Positions 27,140 through 38,000 of a stretch of DNA of 64,000 bases are shown in pieces. Source of the stretch: Lama guanicoe (Eukaryota). The DNA lies in assembly GCA_013239625.1 (NCBI GenBank), contig MU054831.1:1761408-1825407 (forward strand), written 5' to 3'. Numbering within the stretch: position 1 is the stretch's first letter; each line of letters opens with the position of its first letter. Under the pieces are notes generated by a model that did not search any database, was not told where the DNA came from, and saw nothing but the letters and a program-made list of their open reading frames with translations. The position numbers were made by a program, and so were the translations under genes.

Positions 27140-27290
27140 CATTACCAGCAAGAAGAAACACCAGAATATTAACGGTGATCATCTCTGGGTGGTGTGTTTA
27201 CGCATCATCTTCACTGTCTTCTTAGGACTTGTCTGTCTTCTCTCCATTTTTCCTACTGACCTTTCATAGTCAGAGAAAGACAGTAATATT
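27140..27290 (+). mobile_element. L1ME-type 3' end fragment
   Basis: caccagaatattaacggtgatcatctctgggtggtg…tttcatagtcagagaaa. Confidence 0.6.
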
Positions 27291-27493
27291 TTCTTTTAAT
27301 TTAAATGGAATAAGAAAAAACTAACGTAGATCTTTTGGGGGACACTCACTCTCTGCATGTATATAATCTGATCCCAGATTTTAAAAGAAACACATACTGG
27401 GGATGCATAGCAAAGTCATGTTATGCAGTTGAGGGACCACTTGTGATGTCTGTGATCACAGCATGCTCTCACTGTATTTAGGACCGTGCAGAG

Positions 27494-28272
27494 CAATGAT
27501 GTCCAATGGAAATAAGCAGGTATATATTACAGTTACATAGGTGATTTTACATCTTCTGTAGCCACCTTAAGACACCAGAAGAAACTGGCTGTGTAAGTTA
27601 CGTTATCGCTAGGTAACAAATTACCTGAAAACCTAGCTACTGAAAAAAACGCGCATGTGCTGTCTGGTTGCATCCCGGGGTCGGGTCCGGGAGCTGCCTT
27701 CCTGGTGGTTATGTCTCAGGATCTCTCAGGAGGTGCAGTCAAGCTGCCGGTGAGGGCTGCGGTCTCATCTGAAGGGTGCTGGGGCTGCAGGGTCACTCCC
27801 AAGCTCACCTGCGTGGGCATAGGGAGGAGGCCATGGGTCCTTACCACCTGAGCCTCCAACAGCAGCTTCCCCAAAGTGAACATCCCAGATGCCAAGATCC
27901 AAGGGGCCAAGAAGGAGGCCTCCGTGTCTTCTTGCCTAATCTGAGAAGTGACACCCCCTCCTGCCTTATTCTACTGTTTCATAGATCAGCCCTCCCAGAG
28001 GGGCCCAGGCAAGAGGTGACCAGGGGGCAGGGATCTTTGGGGGCTGCTGGGAGCCTGGCTGCCAAAGTTAAATTAATGTGAAGACATTTTACTTAAACTC
28101 CTACTTCTAAAATTGTTTTCACTCAAAATGCATAGAAACACTTGTGTTTGTCGTCAACCTTGGTGCACCATTGCAGATGAGACATGGAGAGCACATCTCC
28201 GCCTGGCCCCACAGCGTTTCAGGTGCCCTGTGACCACATGTGGTACGAGGCCATTTAGGGGTTGGGCAGCAG
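27494..28272 (+). mobile_element. MER33-like hAT DNA transposon, split by an MLT1 LTR
   Basis: 5' end caatgatgtccaatggaaat…tagccacc…agaaactgg. It resumes at aaattaatgtgaagacattttacttaa, and the 3' end is agcacatctc…tttcaggtgc…ccacatgtgg…ttgggcagca. Confidence 0.7.
27590..28066. mobile_element. MLT1 (ERVL-MaLR) solo LTR
   Basis: tgtgtaagtt…gtaacaaattacc…gcagtcaagctg…gggctgcggtctcatctgaagg…gaagtgacac…ggggcagggatctttggggg…ggctgcca. Confidence 0.8.
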
Positions 28273-29073
28273 GGATGTGGAGAATTGAAAGCCATGCCCT
28301 CGTGTTCCCCAGTGCTTCTGCGATGCTGTTTCCATGGAGACCATCATGGCCCATGGGTGGACGTCACTCAGCCAGGCCTTGGCTTCTTCAGGTGTCAGCC
28401 ACACCCAGACTGCCTGTGCCCCCTGGTGCCAGGGGGGAGCTGCCCCGAGGCCCTGGGTCTTGGCCGGTTTGATTGTTCCTCTGGGTTTTGTTGGTGTCCA
28501 GTTGTTGCCTTTGCTGCTTCCCCTCGACTCCATTGGGGTTCTGAGGTCGATGTTGGACAAACCAAGGAGAGAACACTTTCCAGAGCGGCTGGAAGTCCAG
28601 CCCCCATCGTTTTGCCTTAAGAATCCTGAGCAGGCGAGTGCTCCTGCCTATCAGAGGTCACCAGTCTCCATGGAGTGCACGGGGTGGGGGGAGGTGAGTC
28701 TCCCTCCATGGAGACTGGTCCCCAGCAGCCACGTGGTCCTCTACTTTTCAAATAAGCACTGTCGGGTTTGGGGTGGAGCGGTTGAGGGCCCTTCGTGGCT
28801 GTTGGGACTAGAGGGAGGCCCTGCGGGGACGCTGGTGTGCCCTGGACCTCGCCCGCCGGTGGGGAGGCCTGCACCTTGCTAATGGTTGCTGCTCCGTGCG
28901 GTGCAGGGGGGGATGCAGGGGGGACCACGGTCCAGGCCAGCCCCACCCGAGGCGTGTTTGGCAGCACCCACTTTTCAGGACGGTGGTGGGGAAGCCCCAG
29001 GCGGCCCGGGCCATGGTCCTGGCAGCGGGAGTCAACCCAGGTATCTGCCTTTCAGCACCGGCGAGAGCCCCCG

Positions 29074-29223
29074 CAGGCTGCCGCCCCTCGCCTCCCCCGC
29101 AGGCTGCTGCCTCCCCAGGCTCCGCCTCCCCAGGCTGCTACCGCCCCTTCAGGCTCCGCCCCCACCGGCTCCGCCCCCACAGGCTGCTACTGCCCGCGCA
29201 GGCTCCGCCCGCGCAGGCTGCGG
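29074..29223. repeat. GC-rich minisatellite of 9 units (CAGGCT-anchored, mostly 15-19 bp), several with Sp/KLF GC boxes
   Basis: Units start at 29074, 29100, 29116, 29131, 29150, 29165, 29180, 29199 and 29214; core caggctccgcc or caggctgctac. Confidence 0.85.
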
Positions 29224-29770
29224 TCTCATTTTGTCCTGGAGGTTGCAGCCTCTCATTTCTGTGCCTCTCAAACAACGATTTAAAAAACGAGCCCTGGGCT
29301 CCCTCACGTCCGGTGACCTTGCCGGCCCACGTGGGGCAGAGCTACTTCTCAGCATGTTTTTGAAGATCTTCCGTCACAGGCCTGTGTCTTTATGTCCTCT
29401 CAGAAGCCGGAGTGATGGCTGCGGGCTGGCTCTTCCCGGTCCTCTCGGATGGGTCCCCTTTTCCTGGCCCCATGGCGACCGGCGGGGCCCGTCTCTGCTC
29501 GTCTCTTCCGAGGAGAGCACCGTGCGTCCCCGAGGTCGCCATCCACCTGCCCCGACCTGAGGGCGCGCTTGCCACCCGCTCTGCGTGCGGCCCCCGCCTC
29601 TGCGCGCCGCAGCCCAGCGCGGCGCCTGGGTGACGAAGGGGCCGGGCCGCGTGCTGGTTTGCACTTTTCCCCGTTTCCACTCCCCGCGCACTTGTCCTCG
29701 GACAGCATGTGACGGCGGGATCGCGGCAAACTTGCTGGGGTGGATTTTTGTGCTCCAGGGATTAAGGAAG

Positions 29771-29797
29771 ATGCTCATTGTTGACATTCTCGTGTAT
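29771..29797 (+). CDS. HDAC4: Candidate coding part of an alternative first exon of HDAC4 (MLIVDILVY), splicing to the exon at 42328
   Basis: aagATG has A at -3. Nine codons are followed by TAT|gtgagt, a phase-0 donor matching the phase-0 acceptor at 42328. It lies inside a CpG-rich region. Inference only. Confidence 0.5.
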
Positions 29798-32079
29798 GTG
29801 AGTTGAACCTGCAGGTTTTACAAGGGAAAAAAGGAGAAATAAACAGACCCCAGGTACGTGAGGGGTCAGCAGAGGCAGCGCCAGGAAGCAGCAAACATCC
29901 AAACGCTCTGGTGCTGCCGCCGCCGCTGGGTGAGACCCGGCTTCCCGCGGTCCGGCCTCTGCCGGCTGCGCCCGGCCTCCGCGGCCGTTTCCCGCCTCAG
30001 CTGGTGCTTCACGAGTTGTGCCGCCTCTTCGGAGATGGAGGAGAGCGCCCCCAACCCGAGCCCTCCCGACAGCGCCTGGTGCCTCGCAGCCCGGCGGGTG
30101 GGGCTCCTCACGTCGGGCGTGCCCCCCCACTCGCGGGCCGGACGCCCCAGGAGGGGACGGGAGCCCCGGAACCTGGCTCTGGGCTGGTTCTCAGCAGCGA
30201 AGGGAGCGCCTCCAGGTTCCGTGTTCTCCGCAGTTGAATCATTTGTTTTTCCATTTGCGATGGAGATCTGCAGTCTGAAGCTGTTTAAACTGTGTGATCC
30301 GGCGTTCCCTCCGCCCGCGCCGCTGTGACGATTTAGGCCCTCCTCGTAGGCCGTGGTGCTGATAGTGACAGTTGGCAGTGGTGGTTGTCAGACAGATTTC
30401 TTGAGCGCACTATCTAATTAGTGTCATTAAATCATCAGTGGATTTGAATAGGATTTTATAATTAAAAAGGGAATCGTTTTTGAAATGGAACTTCAGTTGT
30501 TAACCTTGGGTGCAGAAGGTCTCTCGGGAGGTTTCCACACTCAGTGTCACGCTTGTACAAGACAGTTTCCTTGTTGGTCGTGACTCAGGGGCCCCGTCCC
30601 CGCTCCGTCCCGCACTGTGGGTTCTCTTCTCCCCGGAGCGGGGTCCAGGGAGCCTGGTTACCGAGGCCGAGGGCTGAGAGCGTCGTGCCACTGGGTGTCG
30701 GCAGGTGCTTGTGTCCAGAAAATTGTTGGCCGCTTCATCACCTGGGAGAGCGTAGCTGCTCATCTGGCAAATGTAACATTACCGAGATTTGCTGCTTTGG
30801 GCGTTTGTTGTGCTATATTTAACTTTTAAAAACTTTTATCAGAGAAATTTGTGTTTCTAATGTATCTAGTCGAAAGGTAGTGTGTCAACACAGAGAACCT
30901 GCCCTCGCCGCCCGCCCCCCACCCAGCTTCCCAGGCCCCAGGTCTGTGCTGGTACGCGCGCCCTGTGTCTCCACGGCCAGCTTGGTGCCTGAGTCCTGGG
31001 TCCCTTGTGGTGGGTTCCCACTTGCGGGAAAGACTTGGCTTTCTCACCTCCCCCCACCCCGTGCACCCGCCGCATCTTCGTGGTGCCCCCACACTGAGCC
31101 GCCTCCTAGTTAAAGAGCCCTTCAGGGGCTCCACCCTCATGGGGGGGGCCTGTTGCTTATGCCACACAGTGACCGCGTGGCCTTCCTGATACAGCTGTCG
31201 GCTTTCCCTGAGTCTGTCGTCTCCTCCCTCACCATTGGCTTAGTTCCCTGTGCCTGATGCAAACCCGGCCCCACAGTCTGAGAAACCTGTCAGCCCTTCT
31301 TGCTGTGGGGAGCGCCCCCGTGCAAGCCAGGACTCCTCGGCCACCTTGTTCTGGGTTCCAGCCTGCCATCCCTTCCCTTCCACCCACGGCAGTGATGTTC
31401 TTGTAAACATGTGGCTTTTGCTGCTTTGCAAGCGCTTGTAATATTGTATTGGGAATGAATTAGACATTCCCTTCAGTGATGGGAAGTGCTGTGAACACTG
31501 AGCAGACATGGGATGTCGACCCTGGTGTCTGGGAGCCACCTCCAGGGCTTCCAGGTGGCAGCCGCAGGCTTCTTTGTTCGGGGCGATTCCTTCGCCCTTT
31601 GCTCTGCGTCGTCCCGAGTGCTGAGGACACACCTGCTCTCCAGCCCTGCCTGCAGGCTTTGTTCTTGTGAATTTATGTCTCCTAAAAAGTAGTGTCCCTC
31701 TCAGTGGGTTTTGGAGAGGAGCAGGGGTGAAAGCGTGTTCACTCGGCCCTGCTCACCCCGACGTCTGGCCTCCTCTTCAGCCGCTGGCTGACAGCATCCT
31801 CAGATCTTCCCCAGGGCCCCCTGCACCCCCGGAGGACACCTGTCTAGGTGAATGGCCCAAGCATCACGGGACGAGGGGGACGAGGCCCGGGGCTGAGGGT
31901 GCCCGGCGCCTGCCCAGCGGGGAGGGAGCAGCAGCCTTTACCTCCAGACCGTCTTTTTCACGGGGACCGCTTTCCTCCTGATCTCTTTCTGATCGCAAAG
32001 TCCTTAATGTTAATTATTGAGTAACTGGAAATTACAAGGGAAATGTGACTCCAGTCCTGTTAGCTAGGGAGGCTGTTAC

Positions 32080-32900
32080 ATTTGGAGTATATTCTTGTAA
32101 TCTTAAATTATGTACGTTGTGTGTGTGTCGATAGTTGTATGGAATTGGGGTTATACTGACACGAGGCTTTTATTTAGCGTATTGTTAATATTTCCCTTTA
32201 CCATCACATACACTTCAGAAGTGTGGTTTTAATGGTTTCGTGGTCTTACAGTGAGCCATGATGAATTTAAATAACCACTGATGGTTAAGTGGTTGGACAT
32301 CAAGGTCATTTGCAGGTTTCCTTCTGTTTTGAGCATCCTTGTGTGTGGACCATATGCGTTTGTCTTAACAAAATAGAAGTGGTGTTGCAGACCCCAGATG
32401 AGTCCTTCTCCGAGGCCTTTGTTACCTGTCGTCGTGTTTCTCTCCAAAAGCTACACCAGTCCTGAGTGTGCACCTGTCTGTCTCTCTCACGTGCACACAC
32501 ACACGCACGGGCCGAGAGCAGTAACGGTGGCACTTACTGACCCGTGCCGGGGCTGCCCGGGCCCCCTCATCCCGCCCACAGTCTGGCCCGGGCCGGGGCG
32601 ACCCCGGCCTCGCCCCTGCGCTGCGCGCAGACCGCCGAGTGGCTGAGCAGGTACGAACAAGTCAGACTTGTTCACATTGCGTTCGATTCTGTCCCACATG
32701 GTGTCCGCATGTCCTTGAGTGTGGTCGCCCAGATTTCTACGTGCTGATTGCCTTTTTGCATTTTTCTACTAATTACCATTTCCTGTGCTGTTTTCCTGTT
32801 GCAGTGCTGGCCTCTTTCTCATTGGTACATGAATGTTCTTCATAAATTAAGGGCATTATTTCAGCGTCCATCATATCTTGCCATTTGGCTATTAGTTGTG
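32080..32900 (-). mobile_element. L1ME-type fragments
   Basis: ggttggacatcaaggtcatttgcaggtttcc…gagcatccttgtgtg; ttctcattggtacatgaatgttcttcataaattaagggcatt. Confidence 0.55.
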
Positions 32901-34267
32901 TTTATAATCTAATAGTTACCTACTTGGTCTGCCCTCAGGCATGAAGCAAAACGTGTTTCCAGACAGTGAAAAGTGCCACCTCTGTCCCGTCAGCAGCGCG
33001 GGCTTGTTTTCCCGGCCGAGTCTGTCTCTGGGCCTCTCTGCTCCGCGCAGGCAGGAGCCTTTCCCTGCGTCTCAGTGTCCGGCCGTGCGGGCCCCATCCA
33101 CACGTTATTCTCACTTTACATTTCCCTCAACCTGCCTCCAGGTGGACTTCTGTTGTCCTGGGTGAACCCCAGAATCATTTCTCATAAAGCCCCCCAAATG
33201 TGGTCTGCGAACTTACCAAAGTTGCAGCGAGTCAGTAAGTTAGCAGGAGGTCTACCAGCAACTTTCTGATATAAACGTTCTAATCCAGGAGCGTGGTCTG
33301 TGCTCTGAGGCGTCTGTCCTTATGAAAAGACCTGTTCTGCTTTCCTCGTGTGAGGCCTGTGGATTTTATGTCTAATCATTCTTGGGTATTTCACGTAATT
33401 TTTTTTTAATGAATAGAATGTGTTTCATTTTATTTTTGCCTTTTCTACTGTCAGTGTGAAGCTCTTGTTTCATTATCATTTGTAGCCAGCCCGTGCATAG
33501 GATTTTCCTGTTAGTCGTGAGGCGTTTGTGATCGGTGATGCTGTGTTCTCTAGGCAGACGGTGGTGTCCCCTCCAGGTTACAGCTGTTTAGCTGCGTGGA
33601 CTAGTACGTCCGTAACCACACTGAGATCTCAAAAAGCAGCCGGTGACAGCACATGGGTGCAGCGTCCTGCCAGGACCACGGGCGTGGCTGTGAGTGTGGC
33701 AAGGCTGGCCTGGGGTGTGGCCGGGGGTGTGGCCTCCCTGAAGGCTGGCTCTGGCACTAGGGTGCTGGGCAGAGCCCCGGGCCCCCTCAGGGCCATGCGG
33801 GCGCACCTTCTCCGGGCCAGTGACTGTGTTTCCTGCGGTGCTGAGTCCAGCAGCCTCACTGCGACTCAGATAGTAAACAAGAGCAGGTGGCTCTCCAGGG
33901 ACGGAAGGCCCTCCCAGGCCCGTATGCAGAGACCGGCCTCCCCGCGGGGAAGAGGTGGTCTGCGGGCACGGTGCTGGGCACCACTCTTCCGGCTCCCAGT
34001 GCTCGTCGGGACTGTGGTCGCTGTCACCACCCCTGGGTTTCCCCGCGTCCTTCGCAGCTGGGGATGCTCCCTCTCGATGCCGGCGGGGCAGGAGGGTGGC
34101 CGAGGCTCTGCCTTCGTCCCCATCCGCATCCTGGGCTTCCGGGCTTCCGGGCTTCCGCACAGCCGGCCCTGCGCCTGCGCTCACTCCCACCTGGCGGAGC
34201 CCGGAGAGAAGCGGCTGCCCTCCCCTCCTTTTCAGTATGGAAAATGCGTAGTTTTAACCTTACTCAT

Positions 34268-34825
34268 CTTTTTTAAATTGTGGTAAAAGTCACATAATAT
34301 AAATTCATCATTTGGCCATTTTTAAGTGTACAACTCAGTGACATTTAGCACATTTACAGTATTGTCCAGTCGTCACCCCACCTGCTTCTAACAATGCTTT
34401 CCTCACCCAGGAGGAGTCCCTGCACCGCCGAGCAGCCGTGAACGGCCCGGCCTCCTGCCCCGGGACTTGCCCGTCCGGGAGACTTCATGTGAACGGAATC
34501 TCGGTGTGTTGTTTTTGCATCCGGCTTCTTTCACTTGGCGTAACTTTCTCGAGGTTCTTCTGCACCGTGGTGCGTGTCGGCGCTGGCTTCCTCTCTAGGG
34601 CCGAGTGTACCATTGTGTGCACGTGGCCCAGCTTGTTTATCTGTTCATCTCTTGGTGGACGTGTGGGTCTTTCCACCTTGTGGCGCCTGTGCAGGGTGCT
34701 GCAGTGACCATGAGGGCACGAGTTTGGTTTGAGCTCCTCTTTTCCACTCTTTGGGTGCACACCTGGGAGTGGAATGGCTGGGCCATGTGGTAACTGTGTT
34801 TAACTCTTCCAGGAACCACTAAACC
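34268..34825 (-). mobile_element. L1MB-type 3' end
   Basis: ttttaaattgtggtaaaa…tttaagtgtacaactcagtgacatttagcacatttacag…acacctgggagtggaatggctgggccatgtggtaactgtgtttaac. Confidence 0.85.
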
Positions 34826-34834
34826 CCTGACTCA

Positions 34835-35075
34835 TGTTTTTATTGCAGTAAATATACAGAACATAACATTTACACCTTTAAGTGTCCAGTTCCATGACAT
34901 TAAGTCCATTCACACCATTGTGCCATTGTCACCAACATCCGTGTCTAGAATTTTTTCATTCTCAAAGTGAAGCTCTGTCCCAATAAACACTCACTCCCAA
35001 CTCCGGCCCCAGCCCTGGCCCCCAGCATTCAGCCTTCTGTCTCTATGAATTCGACTACTCCGGGTGCATCACACA
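34835..35075 (-). mobile_element. Second L1MB-type 3' end, adjacent to the previous one
   Basis: tttattgcagtaaatatac…ttaagtccattcacaccattgtgcc…ctgtctctatgaattcgactactc. Confidence 0.8.
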
Positions 35076-38000
35076 ACGTCTGTCTGGACCAGCCCAGCCA
35101 TGTTCAGTGTGGTTTTCATGATAAATTTCAGGGGTCTGGGTCGTCACGGTTGTGTGTCCCCACAGAGCACCTGAAACAGGTGGTGTCGTCTTATAGGCAC
35201 AGTCCTCACCACGTGGCTCTGTTGTTAGACCCTCTGTGTGCACACCGGCGTCCTTCTCCATAGCACTGTCACCCTGCAAGTGCAGGAGAGACTCGTCCAG
35301 AACCAGGGCGCCACTGCTGCTGCCCTTCCCCTGGCCGGCCACACACCTGCACTGGGGTCCCCCTGAACCCCGACTTTCTTCTTAGTTACGTAGCTGATTT
35401 GACATATGTATATAAAGTGCTCAAGTGTCTAAAAACAAATCAAATGGGTGAGAACCAGGTTCGCCCTATCTTTGTGAGAGTACCCGCGTGCCGCGTGTCA
35501 GACGCTCCCGTCCGGGGGAAAGTTAACGAGCGCCGTGTGATTCTCTGACGTTCACCGTGCTCTGGAACCCGGGCAACAGGCAGGTCTGTCTTTGGGCAGT
35601 TCTAGAATATGGACCTTTGAGGATGGATCTGATGGTTAAGTTGAACGCAGAAGTGGTTGACCTCTAATTTAACCATGAGCCGTTCTGTTGTGTTTCTAAC
35701 AAGAAAGGCAGAAGTGAGCTGGAGTCGTGAACCACCTCTAAACCGCTAAGAGACCAAATTTGGGGGTGACTAAGTACAGGGGGTCCCCTCCTCCAGGAGT
35801 GCCCTGGGGAGGGACGTCCTCTACGCACAGTCATTGTTCTCTCTGAGTGTCAGGGCTTGGGGGTCCCCAGGGCCAGCTTGTGGGCCCTCTGGGCTTCTGG
35901 AAGCTTCTCTCTTGCACTTGGGCACCAATGCCTCTGGGAAGGTTGTGCAGAGGGCAGATTCAGATGTGTGTGCAGAGGGGGCGTGGCTGTGGCGGGCGTG
36001 CCCCAGGCCTGACCAGGAACCACAGGGCAGGCAGGGAGGCCCCGAGTGCAGGACTGACCCCCTCACACACCGGGGCACACCTGGCTGTCAGACTCCTTGT
36101 GCAGCACACGCTTCCCCCACCCCCACCCCAGGACTCACCTGTTCTGATCAGCCGTTCTCACCAGCCCTTCTCACACTTGTTAATGAAATTTTCAGCCCAG
36201 CGGTGGCTTTTTGTCAATTTTTCATAGTTACTTGGGGGTCTTTGCTGTGACTGGGACTCCACCATAGAGAAAAAATACGTGTCTTCAGTCTGAGGATGTG
36301 CTTCTGGGAGCTGTTTTAGACAGATCCTGTCCCGTCGGCACCAGGACCCCGTGGTCCGCCGGCACAGAGCTCGGGGATGCCCAGCTGGGAGCTGGCGGGG
36401 CCCCCCACGTTCCCGACATCAGCCAGCGCCCCCACGGTGGCTCCAAAGTGGCCGGAGTCGGCTGCACCCCGTGCCCCTGGGGCCGCGGCACCCTGTCCAC
36501 ACCAGCGCAGTGACGCGGCAACCCGTCCTGACCCATTTGCCAGCAGGTGCCGTCCCAGAGGCGGGGGCCCCTTTTCCACGGTTCCTTGGCGTAGGTTTGG
36601 GACACTTGCAGTTATTTTCTCAGAAAAAATCCCTTCGTGTGAAAAAACACAGTGTGCATGTTGCGCATTTTAAAGCATCTTGCCGTGGTGCCCTCCGGCA
36701 GAGTTCACGCCTCCTCCAGAGGCAAATTCAGCACAGACCTTCCCTTCCCGGGCCTCAGGGGGCATCTCCAGCCTAAGGGGTGAAAAATAAAACCTATTTC
36801 CATGCTTTTAATTTGCATGTCCTTTTTAACTGGTAAGGCTGAACGTGTGTGTGCGCGTGCAAAATATTTTAGTGTGCCCTGTGCTGTCTCCATGGACAGG
36901 GGAGAGTTTTACGAGCTGTTTAGTTGAAAGTGGAACACTCTTCCTAGTAGGAAAAAAGGTAAGATTGAAAGGGAGCCTGGTTTTATGGCGCTGGGGCCGG
37001 GCTGTGGTGTTTCCTCTGTCACCATCCCAGGAGCTGAATGGGTGTTGTCTGGGGCCCCGGCTTCTGGGTCACCTGAGGCAACTGTTAATGCGCCTGCAGG
37101 ACGCACGGAGGTGGTTGTAGCCCTGGGACCTGCGACCTGGGACAGCTCGTGGCCACATGCTGCGTCAGCCCTGAGCCTGTCTGCGCCTGATTAACACGTT
37201 TGCAGTCAGGAGTGGCTCATAAACCCGGCACCTTGGGTTTGTAGGAAGTGGCTTCTGGGCAGGCGGATGGCCTTGTGCGGCTGCCTTCCGGGGGCACTGC
37301 CGGCCACCCCAGGTGTCGTGCTGGGCCCTCCTCTTCCTTTGCTGCCCGACGCCTTGCCCTGTAAGGCGCTGGCTCGCCTTTGGGGGCGCCGTCGTGCTGC
37401 AGCCTGCCTGTGGTTCCTAGGGCTTTTTGTGTCTTTCCCAAGGTCACAGCTGCAGAAGTTTGTTCCACAAAGAAAACCTTGCCTTGCATTGACTGGCGAT
37501 GTGGTTTCTTCTTCTTCCTCCTCACGGGCTCCTGTTGTTAAATACGCTGCCTCTGGTCCGGCCCAGGACCCTCCCGGGCTTGCTTAGACACCTAAGCCGA
37601 CTGCAGAGAGAAAATGGGGGTCAGACGCTGTCTGGGTCTTTGGTCCGCCTGGAGCCCCCAGGGGAAGTGTCTCCAGGCAGCTGTGAGCCCGAGGAGGGGA
37701 GGAGCCAGGACTCCCTGCAAAGGCAGACAACCCTCCACTGTCTCACAGGGACGCAGCTTCCAAGGCGCCCTGCCTGGGCACCTGGGCTTCTTAACGGCCG
37801 TGATGTCAGCAGTGCGTGTCCGTAGCGTCCTGGGGCCTGAGGGGTCAGTCTTTGAGCAGCGCTGTAAGCAAGCCCTGTCCTGATTAAGTGCAGTGGTGTT
37901 GATGTGACTTCATTGCACTTGACTGCTGCCAGCTTGCCACTGTGGGTCACTGGCCTCAGGACTGAGGAGAGGTGCTGGCCAGCTGGGGGCCAGGAGGCCT

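Larger units (their letters stand above)
28950..30360. promoter_or_regulatory. Intronic CpG-rich region, candidate internal promoter
   Basis: Dense CpG/CGCG, GC boxes, and splice donors after 29797 and 29853. Confidence 0.55.

Noticed and set aside
29074-29223. CRISPR-like repeat array
   Set aside because: Units are contiguous with no unique spacers, the context is eukaryotic, and there are no cas genes.
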